Shown here: in pieces, positions 1 to 15,058 of the stretch
How the letters are laid out: the number at the start of each line of letters is the position of its first letter
Numbering within the stretch: position 1 is the stretch's first letter
Assembly (NCBI RefSeq): GCF_009914755.1
Contig: NC_060925.1
Strand: one strand, 5' to 3'
Length of the DNA stretch: 64,000 nt
DNA from: the human T2T-CHM13v2.0 reference genome, Homo sapiens
The notes under the pieces: model-generated
Told to the model about the DNA's origin: nothing
Seen by the model: the letters and a program-made list of their open reading frames with translations, nothing else
Databases searched by the model: none
Made by a program: the position numbers and the translations under genes

Positions 1-456
1 CAAATGTGTCCATATGTCAAGTACAGTGGGTGTAGTAAAGGGATTTCACTCAATAGGTCCCCTACTCTTCCCCAGAGCCTCACATCACATCTACAACACA
101 AATCCTTACAGAAATGTCTTTTTTCTGCCATGCAAAATTGGAGAATTGGCTGCTAAATGAGATCACTGTGTGAGATAATACAGTTTGGGTCATGCCCTGA
201 GACTCCCCTTCTGAGAACACCCCACTCAAACAGGCTGTTTATCACAGCAGTGCAGGCACCAGAGCGGCAGCAGCCCTAGTGCCCCCAGCATCTCAGACAG
301 GCTCACTTTACGAGTTGAGATGGTGAACTGGAAACTCAGAGTTCCTCACAGTTCAGCTACATGAAGAGTGGTCATAACATGAAGAGGAGCAGCTAACAGT
401 CACACCTTCCCCAGGTTAGGACATCCAGGCCCTGAGACATAGAGCGAGGCATACTT

Positions 457-482
457 CACACACACACACACACACACACAAC
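457..482. repeat. (CA)n microsatellite
   Basis: Pure CA run. Degenerate paralogs at ~23477-23511 and ~42493-42506. Confidence 0.9.
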
Positions 483-1810
483 ATGAGTCTTTATCTATCA
501 TCTATCTACATGTCTAAAGAGGTTAGCTTTATCTTCTTTAAGAGTCTGATAGCCTTAGGTTCATTCCTATTACTTCTACTCCATAATTTTCTAAGGGATC
601 ATTAAGTATGAATGATTAGTACTTAAAAATGACAGGAAAGAACAAATACTTTACTTTTTTGTGATTCACAAAGTATATTTGAATTTTATTAATTATATAT
701 TCACTCATTTGTGCGTGTGTGTGTTCATAATGCTATGAAATTTACATCACATATGTAGCTTTGGCTACTACTACAGTCAAGATACATAACTGTTCCATTA
801 CCACAAGGCTCCTCTGCTCCCCACTTATAGCCACCCCTGCTTTCTCAAATACTTACCTCTAGTAAATATTACTCTTTTTTCTATCTCTATGATTTCATTA
901 TTTTAAGAATATTTTAGTGAATTTATACATCATGCAACCTTTTAATAATTGTTCTTTTTTTCATATAACAATTTCACGGAGATCCATTCACTTTGTCCAC
1001 TTTTAATTTTGTGTAATATTTGATTCAACATTTTATCTCACATTTCAATACTATACATTCCACTAAACAAAATTGTGCTGGCAAATAAAGATTTAAAATT
1101 AAATATGAAAAAATAAAGAAAGAAAATTATGGTAAAATATTCTTGATAAGCTCAGAGAAAGGGTAACTGCAATTCCCCATGCATATCTGTCTTCTGCTTT
1201 TATTTCTGAATGAAAGGCTAAGCATCCATTGTCCTTCCATGCTGAATCCAATAAATTACAGAACATTCATATGGTAGAATAGTGAAAATCATTAAGGTGG
1301 ATGTTTTGGAAATTTGTTTAGTATAATTTAAAACACTGGAATTGTACTAAAAACATATAAAGCATGACATCATTCTCATCAACATTTATTAAAAGATAGG
1401 AAACATATGAAACAATATATTAAATGTGATTATATACGGCTGGTGAAATTACAGATGATACCTATTTTCTTGTTTTACTTTTCAAAGTATTCTCCAAATG
1501 TTACCTATTACTGAGTAAGGAATCTTAAAATTCTACTTTGAAAAGTTGACAAGAGACAAGCATGTCCATTGCTCAGTTAGTCAGATAATGGTCTTTTTTA
1601 TTTTTTCAGCATTTTTGGGCAGACGCTAAAGGTGGAGCTGGATGGAAGCAGCAGTTGTTTTATTGTTATAGCTCTACATTTGATCACATCCCTTCTAAAA
1701 TCTCTCTTGAAGAAAACCCTGATAATATTCCCCATCCTCATAGCACTGACATACATACACTGAAGCCACAGACATGCAATAACCATATGTATCTATAAAA
1801 TAATTCACCA

Positions 1811-2134
1811 GGCCGGGAACGGTGGCTCATGCCTGAAATCCCAGCACTTCGGGAGACCAACGTGGGTTGATCACGAGGTCAGGAGTTCAAGACCAGCCTG
1901 GCCAAGATGGTGAAACCCAGTTCTACTAAAAATACAAAAATTAGCCAGGCGTGATTGCAGGGGCCTGTAATCCCAGCTACTCGGGAGGCTGAGGCACAGA
2001 ATTGCTTTAACCCAGGAGGCGGAGGTTGCAGTGAGGTGGCGTCACACCTCTGCACTCCAGTTTTGGTGACAGAACAAGACTCTATCTCAAAAAAAATAAA
2101 TAAATAAATTTCAAAAAATAAAAATAAAAAAAAA
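1811..2134 (+). mobile_element. Full-length AluS (Sg-like)
   Basis: GGCCGGG start, dimeric body, A-rich tail. Degenerate TSD aaaa(ta/ca)(a/g)ttcacca. Empty site at ~24842-24855 in unit 2. Confidence 0.92.
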
Positions 2135-3399
2135 CAGTTCACCAAAATTGGCAGATCATACTAGAGTAAAAAAAATCAGGAATGAGTTTGTCTACTATCT
2201 AAGAGCCAGACAGATAGAAATCATAACATTGGCCATAATATGATGAAATTGGAAGAAATGGATGATTAGTAACAGGTGATAAAGATAATAGAACAAAGTG
2301 ATAATAATAATACCTTCTACTAAATTGTCATGAGAAAAAAATTAAATCAGAGACTGCATTTAAAGTATTTAGCACAGGCTACAGAGAGTACTCAAAATAG
2401 TAAAGAAACACATGGCTAATCAAAGAGATAGGGGCAAAATATTGAAGTCAAGTTGTTTATGGCTGAGAAAGACATTTGCTTCTCTTTAAGACCTTTTATA
2501 TCACCATTATCTTAAGTGTGTGCCAGAAGTTTTTAGGACAAAGCAAATGCAAATGTATGATTTGAATGAAGTGTGCAGAAATAATAAGGTAGACTGATCT
2601 TGACATTTATTCTTATGTGATAAAAATGAGTTAACCTAAGCAGAAATTTAGAACAAAGGATAATGTTTCTGTGTTATTTGGACTCTCTACAGCTTTCCTC
2701 TGAATTCAGATAATAAAAAAAAGTCTGAAAACAATAAATAGCAATATGTTGATTTGTTGATTTGAAAAATATTAACATGTATAGATATATGTATTCTATG
2801 TGAAAAATATATGTTTTATTCTTCTGAAAAAATATATAATGTTACCTCTAATTTAGTCTACTGTTACTGTGGTTAGCTGTTTAAGACAATTAAAAGATTG
2901 CTCATTTAAATATCACATTCCTTCTGCAGACAAATTACCTAAATTTTAGGCTAAATCCTTGTAAGCAACTGAATAGCTCATTAGCACTAATCTTTCCAAA
3001 GTGTATAAACCTTTTAAATTCTACTTTTATTTTCTCCATATGTTAGATCCAAATATTTAAGAGCAAAATTCAAGAGTTATTAGTAATATAAAGTACTCCT
3101 GTATGCTTAGTGTTAATGAGATTCAGAAGAATATATGGTAAATGATGGAATAATTCAGATACTTCTACTTGTAAGAATCTTTTCAAGATAGTGAATGTGC
3201 ATAGGCTGTGGTCTTCCTCCAAAAAAGTCAAAAAGGAAAACAAAGAAACACAAACAAAATTGTGAAAACATTTGGAGAGAAAAGACTATTTGAACTCTTA
3301 CATAGGATGAGAGTCCTGAAAATTCTACTGTAAGTTTGAGAAAGGTTAAATAAAGTATAAACACTAAGAAAAAAATCAAAACTAACTCACAATCTTAAA

Positions 3400-5085
3400 A
3401 GATAAACATAATTTTATGATACAATCCAGCTACAGCACATTCAAAAATTGATCTAGTACATTTTAAAATATGTCAACACAAAATAATGTGCATTCAAATA
3501 ATTATAGCAGCTTTAGTCATAATATCCACTATCTGTGATCTACCAAGATGTCCTTCAATAATTAAATGGATAAACTGTGGTACATCACACCCATGCAATG
3601 GAATACCACACAATTATAACATGGAATGACCTATCAAGACTCACAAAGACATGGTTGAATTTGAAATGCAAACTGATAAGTTAGAAACGTCAGTCTTAAA
3701 GGCTGTAGGCCCATTTATATGATTTCCATAAGAGGCAAACTTATGCATCCAAAAATCGCAACAAACTCCAAGTTCGATGAGTTCAGTGACACCCACCATG
3801 ACACACATTACAATCAAATTATCAAAAGAGAGAATCTTGAAAGCAGCAAGAGGGAAGTGAATGATCATATCTAAGAAATCCTTAAGAAGTAGTTGACCAA
3901 ATGCTCATCAGAAACCTTGGAGATCAGGAGGTAGTGGGATGACGTATTTAAAGCCATAAAAGAACACACTTTCAACCTAGAATTCTATAGCTGGCAAAAT
4001 TGTCCTTTAAAATGAGGGCAAAATTATGGCATTTCCAGAAATCAAAACTTGAGGCATTTCATTGTCTGTAGATTTTGTGTATGAGAAATGATAAAGAGAG
4101 ACTCTCCGGTTGAAATAAAAGGATGCTGGAGAGAAACTATGTGAAGATACAAAAATCTCTGATAAATGTACACTGGTACATAAAAGCCGGCATTGTTGAA
4201 ATTTTAGCTTGTAACTTCAATTTTTATTTTCTACAAGATTTAAAATGCAAATGAATGCAATATAATTACAAGTCTATGTTAGCAAACTCACGATGTATAG
4301 AGATGTAATTTGTGAACGCAAAAAAAAAGGGATAGAGTTGTATGAGTCAAATTTTCTTTTTTTTTCTTTTCTTTTTTTTTTTCGACACAGTCTCACTGCA
4401 TCACCCAGGCTGGAATGCAGTGGCATGATCTTGGTTCACTGCAACCTCTGCCTCTGGGCTCAAGCTATTATCTTGCCTCAGCCTCCTTAGTAGTAGAAGT
4501 ACAGGCATGTGCCACCACACCCAGCTAATTTTTGTATTTTTAATAGAGGCAGGGTTTCGCCATGTTGGCGAGGCTGGATATGAGTCAACTTTTTGATGCA
4601 ATTGGAGTTAAACGGGTGTTAATTCAAATTAGATTACTATAACTTTAGGATATTATACATAATCCCCAATGAAAACACAAAAATATTTTCGAGTATACAC
4701 AAAAGATAAAGGCAATAAAATCATTTTACTACAAAAAAAATCTAATAAACATAAATCAGACAATATTGAAAAACAAACATTGTACAAAAAAGAGTAAATG
4801 CAGAAAGAAGACCTTTCTCATCAGTAATTACTTTAAATGTAAATGAATTAAATTCTCCCCAACAACACAAATTGGAAGAATGAATTAAAAAAAATAGTTC
4901 AACTATTTGTTGTTTACAATAGACTAACTTTACAGTTAAAGACACAAAGGAGGTGAAAGTAATAGGATAGAAAAAGATATTTCATGTAAATAGTAGCCAA
5001 AAGAGACCAGAGGTGGCTACACTAACATCAGACATAATTAACTTTAAGTTGAGAACTGTTATAAGAGACTACAAAAGACATGTAT
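3400..5085 (+). mobile_element. Old degraded L1M fragments (3' piece, then ORF1 end/ORF2 start)
   Basis: L1-like motifs: gagagaatcttgaaagcagcaagag, caacctagaattctata, ttactttaaatgtaaatgaattaaattctcc. Boundaries approximate. Confidence 0.65.
4352..4578 (-). mobile_element. 5'-truncated Alu
   Basis: Poly-T, right arm and part of left arm, flanked by TSD tatgagtcaa(a/c)tttt. Paralogous copies at 8543-8782 and 27187-27391. Confidence 0.9.
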
Positions 5086-5115
5086 ATATATTTCTTTTAA
5101 GGAGCTTACTTTCTG

Positions 5116-6882
<1,767 letters not shown>

Positions 6883-7305
6883 CTACATTTACTAAACATC
6901 AAAACTACAAAATATGCGAAGATACAGTGAGAGAAATTAAAAGAAGTTCATAGGTCTATAATAAATGTTGAAAACTCAAATAATTCACTCTCAAAAATGG
7001 CTAGAATAATAAAAGTTTGAAAAAATAGAGGGCTTAAATATATAAGCCAATTGGACCAAATAGACAAATATAGAACACTCCACCCAACAGCAGCAGGATA
7101 CACCTTACAGCTTTCTCAAGAGAACATGGAAGAACACTCTCCAGGATAAACCATATCCATTAGGCTACAGAACAAGTTAATATATTTTAAAAGGCTAAAA
7201 TCATGCAATGAACTTTTCCAATCACAGTGGAATAAAACTAAAAACTTATAATCAAATTAAAATGGGAAATTTTACAAATTTGTGGAAATTAAACAACACA
7301 CTCTT

Positions 7306-8547
7306 AAAAAGTCAAAAAGGAAAACAAAGAAACACAAAATTGTGAAAAAAATTTGTAGAGTAAAGGCTGTTTGAACTGTAACATAGGATGAGAGTCCTGC
7401 AAATTCTACTGTAAGTTTGAGAAAGGTTAAATAAAATATAAACACTATAAAAAAATACAAACTAACTCACAATCTTAAAAGATAAACATAATTTTATGAT
7501 ACGATCCAGCAACACCACATTCAAAAATTGATCTAGTACATTTTAAAATATCTCGACAAAAAATAAGGTGCATTCAAATAATTACGGCAGCTTTAGTCAT
7601 AACATCCACTATCTGTGATCTACCAACATGTCCTTCAATAATTGAATCGATAAACTGTGGTACACACTCATGCAATGGAATGCTGTGCAGTGATAACATG
7701 GAATGACCTGTCAAGACTCACAAAGGCATGGTTGAATTTGAAATGCAAACTGATAAGTAAGAGAAGTCAGTCTCAAAGGCTGTAGGCCTATTTATATGAT
7801 TTCTGTAAAAGGCAAACTTACACATTCAAAAAGCATAACAAACTCCAAGTTCAATGAATTCAAGACACCTACCGTGACACACCTTATAATCAAATTATCA
7901 AAAGAGTATCTCAAAAGCAGCAAGAGGGAAGTGAATCTTCATATCTAAGAAATCCTTAAGAATCCAATGAATTCAGTGACACCCAGCGTGACACAAATTA
8001 TAATCAAATTATCAAAAGAGAGAATCTTGAAAGCAGCAAGAGGAAAATGAATCATGATATCTAAGAAATTCTTAAGAAGTAATTGACCAAATGCTCATCA
8101 GAAACCTTGGAGATCAAGAGGTAGTGGGATGACATACTTAAAGCCCTAAAATAAAACACTTTCAACCTAGAATCCTATAGCCAGCAAAATTGTCCTTTAA
8201 AATGAGGGCAAAATTATGGCATTTCCTGAAATCAAAACTTGAGGCAGTTCACTGCCTGTAGAGTTTCTGTATGAGAAACAACAAAGAGAGACTCTCAGGT
8301 TGAAATAAAAGGATGCTGGAGAAAAACTATGTGAAGATACAAAAATCTCTGATAAATGTACACTGGTATATAAAAGCCAGCATTATTGAAATTTTAGCTT
8401 GTAACTTCACTTTTTATTTTCTACAAGATTTAAAATGCAAATGAACACAATATAATTACAAATCTGTGTTGGCGAACACACAATATATAAAGATGTAATT
8501 TGTGAATTCAACATAAAAACAGGATAAGGTTGTATGAGTCAATTTTC

Positions 8548-8578
<31 letters not shown>

Positions 8579-9340
8579 GACACAGACTCACTCCATCACC
8601 CAAGCTGGAATGCAGTGGCAGAATCTTGGCTCACTGCAACCTCCGCCTCTGGGCTCAAGCAATTATCTTGCCTTTTTAGTAGTGGAACTACAGGCATGTG
8701 CCACCACATCCAGCTAATTTTTGTATTTTTAGTAGAGACAGTGCATCCTGCCCTGTCATTTCGCCATGTTGGGCAGGCTGGATATGAGTCAACTTTTTGA
8801 TGCAATTGGGGTTAAACGGGTGTTAATTCAAATTAGATTTCTATAACTTTAGGATACTATACATAATCCCCGATGAAACCACAAAAATATTTTCAAGTAT
8901 ACACAAAAGATAAAAGGCAATAAAATAGCTTTACTACAGAAAATTAAATAAACATAAATCAGACGGTATTGAAACACAAACAGTGTACAGAAAATAGTAA
9001 ATGCAGAAAGAAGACCTTCCTTATCAGTAATTACTTTAAATGCAAATGAATTAAATTCTCCCCAAAAACACAAATTGGAAGAAAGAATCAAAAAAATTTA
9101 AATATAGAACACTCCACCCAACTGCAGCAGGATACTCCTTACAGTTTTCTCAAGAGAACATGGAAGAACACTCTCCAGGATAGACAACATCCATTGGGTT
9201 ACAGAACAATTTAATATATTTTAAAAGACTAAAATCATACAATGGACCTTTCCAATCACAAGGAAATAAAACTAAAATCTTATAATCAAATTAAAATGGC
9301 AAATTTTACAAATTTGTGGAAATTAAACAACGCACTCTTA
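7306..9340 (+). repeat. Extra partial copy of the duplication unit
   Basis: 7306-9097 matches 3222-4893 and 25962-27710. 9099-9340 matches 7066-7305. Confidence 0.9.
8543..8782 (-). mobile_element. 5'-truncated Alu (paralog of 4352-4578)
   Basis: Same truncation point and TSD tatgagtcaa. Confidence 0.88.
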
Positions 9341-10185
9341 AACAACCAACAAGTCAAATATGAAATCATAGGGAAAATTAGAAATCGCTTGAGACTACTC
9401 ACAACAAAACACATCATACCAAACTTATGGGTTGCAACAAAAAGCAGTGCTAACAGGGAAATTTATAGCCATAACCACATACATTTTTAATGAAAAAAAA
9501 AAGATCTCAGATAAATAACCTCATATTGCACTTGGGAAACTACAAAAAGTAAATTAAGCTAAACCCCCCAAAAAGAAAACATGAGCCTAGCATAGAGATA
9601 CTAATAAAGGACAAGCAAACAGTAGAGAAAAATCAATAACATTGTTTTATTTCTTTGAAAAGTTCAACAAACTTCACAAATCTTTAGACAGAATAACTGC
9701 ATGAATAAAAACGATGTAAGACTCAAATAGCTAAAATCTTAAAAGAAAGGAGGAACATTACACTGATTTTACAGAAATAAAAAAATTTGAAGAGAAAGCT
9801 ATAAATAATTCTATGTCAGCTTATTGGATAACACAGTTGGAATGAACAAATTCTTAGAAATATACTGTCTACCAACTCGTGAAGAAATAGATAATTTGAA
9901 TAGATGTATAATAAGTAAGGAAATTGAATCACTAATGTAAAATCTCACAAGAAAGAAAAATGTTGAACCAGAAGGATTTACTGGAGAAATGTAAAACAAT
10001 CCTTCTCAAAATCTTTCAAAAAAGAAAGCTGAAAATAGGGACTACTTCCTGTCTTATTCCATGAGGCCCGCCAATACCCTGATACAAAAGCCAGACAAAG
10101 ACAATACAACTAATGAAAACTACAGAACAATATTCCTCGTGAATATGATGCACAAAAGACTCAAAAACATTTAGCATACCAGATC
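9099..10185 (+). mobile_element. Old L1M ORF2 (endonuclease/linker) remnant
   Basis: Degenerate ORF2 peptide SNHKEIKL...NLWKLNNALLNNQQVKYEI and aactacagaacaatattcctc. Confidence 0.75.
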
Positions 10186-13100
10186 ATTCCTGTGGCTCTG
10201 GGCAAGATGGCCAACTGGATGCAGCCAGGTGGAACAGCTGCCACTAAGGAACCGAGATTACAGGTGCACTTCTAACAGATATTCAGAGGGAAGGCACTGA
10301 GAGTGAACCAAGAGAAGACCCAGAAGTTAGGCTGAAAAGAGAGAAAGCTGGGAGCCCTGCACAGGGACACTACACACCAGAACTCGTTCCTGGCCTCCAG
10401 TGACTCCAGGGGAACAGCTGAGCTGAACCAGCAGGGAGGAACCCACTCCCGCCATGGGCCTCTGGAATTCCAGCAGGAGAAGACCCCCTCAACCACCAGG
10501 GACACTCCAGTTGGCAGGCAGAACTGCTTAGAGAGGTGACAGGGGCAGCATGCCAGCTGACGTGGAACCCAAGGGGTTTGGTAAGGGAGTGTCTGTAATG
10601 GAGCAGGGCTAGGGATGGCCATCTCTCTAGGCTCAACTTGCTCGCATAGGAGACTTTAACCCTTGGGGAGCTGTTGGACCTGAATTCTGCAGGGCAATCT
10701 TGCCTTTCAGATGGGGCCAGTCTGACCTGAGCACTCTCTGGTCAGCTGGTGTCTCCTGGGGTACCAGCCTGGATGCACTTCCTTGCAGAACAAACTCTGG
10801 TGACTTTGGGACCCACATTTTAGCCTTTGTGCTGGCAGATCACAGCTAACAAATGGAGAACTCCAGCGAGGCAGCTGCCCGTGGTCACCCACCAGCCCAT
10901 CTGCTCGCTCCACAAACTACAGCTTCCCCTGGGCCCAGAGCAACACCCCATATCACTTTGCCAGCATGTGAGTGCATGAGTGGGTTTTGCTTTCCTCTCC
11001 CCACCAGTACATATGAGAGTGTGCATCCTGCCCTGTCACTGCTGCAGTGAGAGTACAGTCAGCTTCCTTCTCCCTGGTGATGGCCATTGCAGTCACATAG
11101 CCAGCCAGCCCCAACTTTCATGCCAATGTATACCCTTGTGCCAACACTGCCATGGGAGTGAAACTAGGCACTGGAAACAGTGGAAACTCCTGCACCCCAA
11201 ACAAAAACCCCAAATTGTTGCACACAGAAAAAGCACACACACCTGCACCCATCAGCACCCTACCCACATACCAACAACACTACAAGTGTGACAACACACA
11301 GTCACCAGAAGGGACCTCCTATGCCCTCAAGCCACATTGCCTCTACCACTGTGGTGAATGTCCCCACAGAGGCAGGTACCCTAGCACCTGCAAGAACCCT
11401 GCCCCCAGCCCAATAGTATGCACCCTGCCATGCTGCCACTGCTCTTGACACATACAAACAAGAATGGACCCCACTGCCACCACACTGCAAAACACTTTGG
11501 CTGACACCACCCATCAGAGTGTAGTGAACAGGGGTCAGGGAGCACCTCAGCCTCCATAGCACAGTGGATTCCTAACCCGGGGGAGCCAAAGAACAAAGTC
11601 AAGCCTGACACACTTCCCTCAGAGTTATGGCATGCAGTCCAGGATTTGGGAGCTGAATGTTGGGACCCTAAAATAGATGAAGCCAGTCATCTGAATTGAT
11701 GTTATACCACAATCAAAACCTCAAGGTTATCAAATGAGATAAAGAAATTAAAACCCATCCAAATGTCAGCAACTTCAAAGATTGAAGGAATATAAGCACA
11801 TGAAGATAAGAAAGAATCAGCACAAGAACTCTGACAACTCAAAAAGCCAAGGTGTCTTTGTTCCTCCAAACAACCACACAGCCTCTCTAGCAAGGGTTCT
11901 GTACTGAGCTAGGATGGCTGAAGTGGCAGAAATGGAATTTCAATATGGATAGGAAGGAAGATCACTGAGATGTAGGAGTATGTTGAAACCCAATCCAAGG
12001 AAGCTAAGAATCACAATAAAACAACACAGGAGCTGACTGACAAAATAGCCAGTAAAGAAAAGAACATAACTGACCTGAAAGAGCTGAAAAACACTACAAA
12101 ATTCATTTTTTGTTATGTTATAATGCAATCACAAGCATTAACATCTGAATAGACCAGGCAGAGAAAAGAATCCCAGAGTTCAAACACTGAAATAAGACAG
12201 CCAGACAAGAAAAGATAGAAATGAATGAAAAGGAATGAATGAAGCCTCAGAAAAATATGGTATTTCATAAAGAAATCAAGTTAGTGATACATTGGTGTTG
12301 CTGAAAGAGAAGGGAAGTGTGTAACCAACTTGAAATGTATTTCCAGATATTATCATCCATGAGATCTTCCCCAGCCCAGCTAGAGAGGTAGACATTCAAA
12401 TTCAGAAAATGCAGAGAACCCAAGTAAGATACTACAGAAGAACATCATCTGCAAGACACATAATCATCAGATTCTTCAAGGTCAAATGAAAGAATAAATG
12501 CTAAAGGCAGCTAGAGAGAAAGATCAGGTCACCTACATAGGGAAGCCATTTAGACTAAAAACAGACCTCTCAGCAGAAACCGTACAAGCAAGAAGAGATT
12601 GGGAGCCAATATACAACATTCTTAGAGAAAAGAAATACCAACCCAGAATTTCATATCTAGTCAAACTCAGCTTCATAAGTTAAAGAGAAAAAAGATCCTT
12701 TTCGGACAAGCAAAGGCTAAGGGAATTTGTTACCCCCAGACCTACCTTACTAGAGCTCCTAAATGGAGCACTAAATATAGAAAGGAAAAACAATTATCAG
12801 CAACTACAGAAACACACTTTAGTACACAGACCAGTGACACTATAAGGCAACCACATAAACAAGTTTTTAGAATAACCAGCTAATATCATGCCACAATCAA
12901 ATCCACATGTATCAATACTAACCTTGAATGTAAATGGGCTATATGCCCCAATTAAAACGCAGAGTGGCAAACTGAAAAAAGAACAAAGACCCATTGGTAT
13001 GCTGTCTTCAAGGGACCAATCTCACATACAATGACCCACATAGGCTCAAAGTAAAGGGATGGAGAAAAATCCACCAAACAAATGAAAAACAGAAAAAAGC

Positions 13101-13759
13101 AGGGGTTGCCATCCTAATTTCAGTCAAAAGAGACATTAAACCAGCAAACGTCCAAAAAAAGACCAAAAACAGCATTACATAATGGTAAAAGATTCAAAGC
13201 AACAAGACAACCTAACTATCTTAAATATATGTGGACCCAGCACAGGAGAACTCAGATTTATCAATCAAGTTCTTAGGGACCTTCAAAGAGATTTAGACTC
13301 CCCAGTAATTATAGTGGGAGACTGAAAAGTAAGATACAACAGAAGAACATCATCTGCAAGACACATAGTCATAAGATTCATCACAAGGACTGTATTAGAC
13401 ACATCATAGAGACAGAAAACTAACAGTGTTATTCACTACCAAAACTTAGCACTGGATCAAATGTACTTGCTAATAATCTACAACTGTTCACCTAAAAACA
13501 ACAGAATATATATTCTTCTCATTGCCACATGGCTCATAGTCTAAAATCCATCACAAGATAGGAAATAAAATACTCCTAAGTAAATACAAAAGAACTGAAA
13601 TAATAACAACCAATTTCTCAAACCACATTGGAATAACATTAGAAATTAAGACTAAAAAATTCACTCCAAAACATACAATTACTTAGAAATTCAGTAGCCT
13701 GCTTCTGAATATCTTTTGGATAAATAATCAAATTAAGGAAAAAAATCAAGAAGTTCTTA

Positions 13760-14062
<303 letters not shown>

Positions 14063-15058
14063 TCACAAATAAAAGAATTAGAGAACCAAGAGAAAACTAA
14101 CTGCAAAGCAAGAAGATTATAAGAAATAACTGAAATCAGAGGCATACTGAAGGACATTGAGACACAAAAAACCATTCAAAAGATCAACAAATCCAGGAGG
14201 TGGTTCTTGAGAAAAATGATGAACTAAGTAGACTACTAGTTAGACTAATAAAGAAGAAAAAGATCCAAATAAACACAATTAGAAAAAACAAAGGGGATAT
14301 TACCACTGACTCCACAGAAATACAAATAAACATCAGAGAATATTACAAACATCTCTATGTACATAAGCTAGAAAATATAGAAAAAACAAATGCATTCTTG
14401 GACACATACACCCTCCAAACCCTGAGCCAGGAAGAATTTGCATTTGTGAAAGGACCAATAATGAGCTCCAAAATTGAATCAGTAATAAATAGCCTACCAG
14501 CCGAAATAAGCCCAGGACAAAACAAATTCATAGCTGAATTCTACCAGATGTGCAAACAAGAGCTTATATCATTTCTGCTGGAACTATTCCAAAATATTGA
14601 GGAGGAACTCCTCCCTAACTCATTCTGTGAGGCCAGCATCATCCTGATAACAAAACCTGACACAGACCCAACAAAAAAAGAAAACTTCAGGCCAATATCC
14701 TTGATGAATGTCAATGCAAAAATCCTCAAAAAAATACTGGCAAACTGAATCCAGCAACACATCAAAAAGCTTATCTACCACAATCAAGTTGGCTTTACCC
14801 TTGGGATGCAAGGTTGGTTCAACATAGGCAAACCAAAAACTGTGATTCATTACGTAAACAGAACTAAAGACAAAAAATCACAAGATTATCTCAATAGATG
14901 GAGAAAAGGCTATCCATAAAATTCAACACCCTTTCATGTTAAAAACTCTCAAACTAGGTATTAAAGAAACAGACCACAAAATAATAACAGCCATCTATGA
15001 CAGACCCACAGCCAACATCATACAGAATGGGGAAAAATTGGAGGCATACCAGCACAAG

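Noticed and set aside
10272-11611. Cluster of overlapping Cys/Pro-rich ORFs, repeated at 29329-30677
   Set aside because: Superficially EDC-like in composition, but inside the duplicated L1 5' UTR and lacking SPRR/LCE head, repeat or tail motifs.
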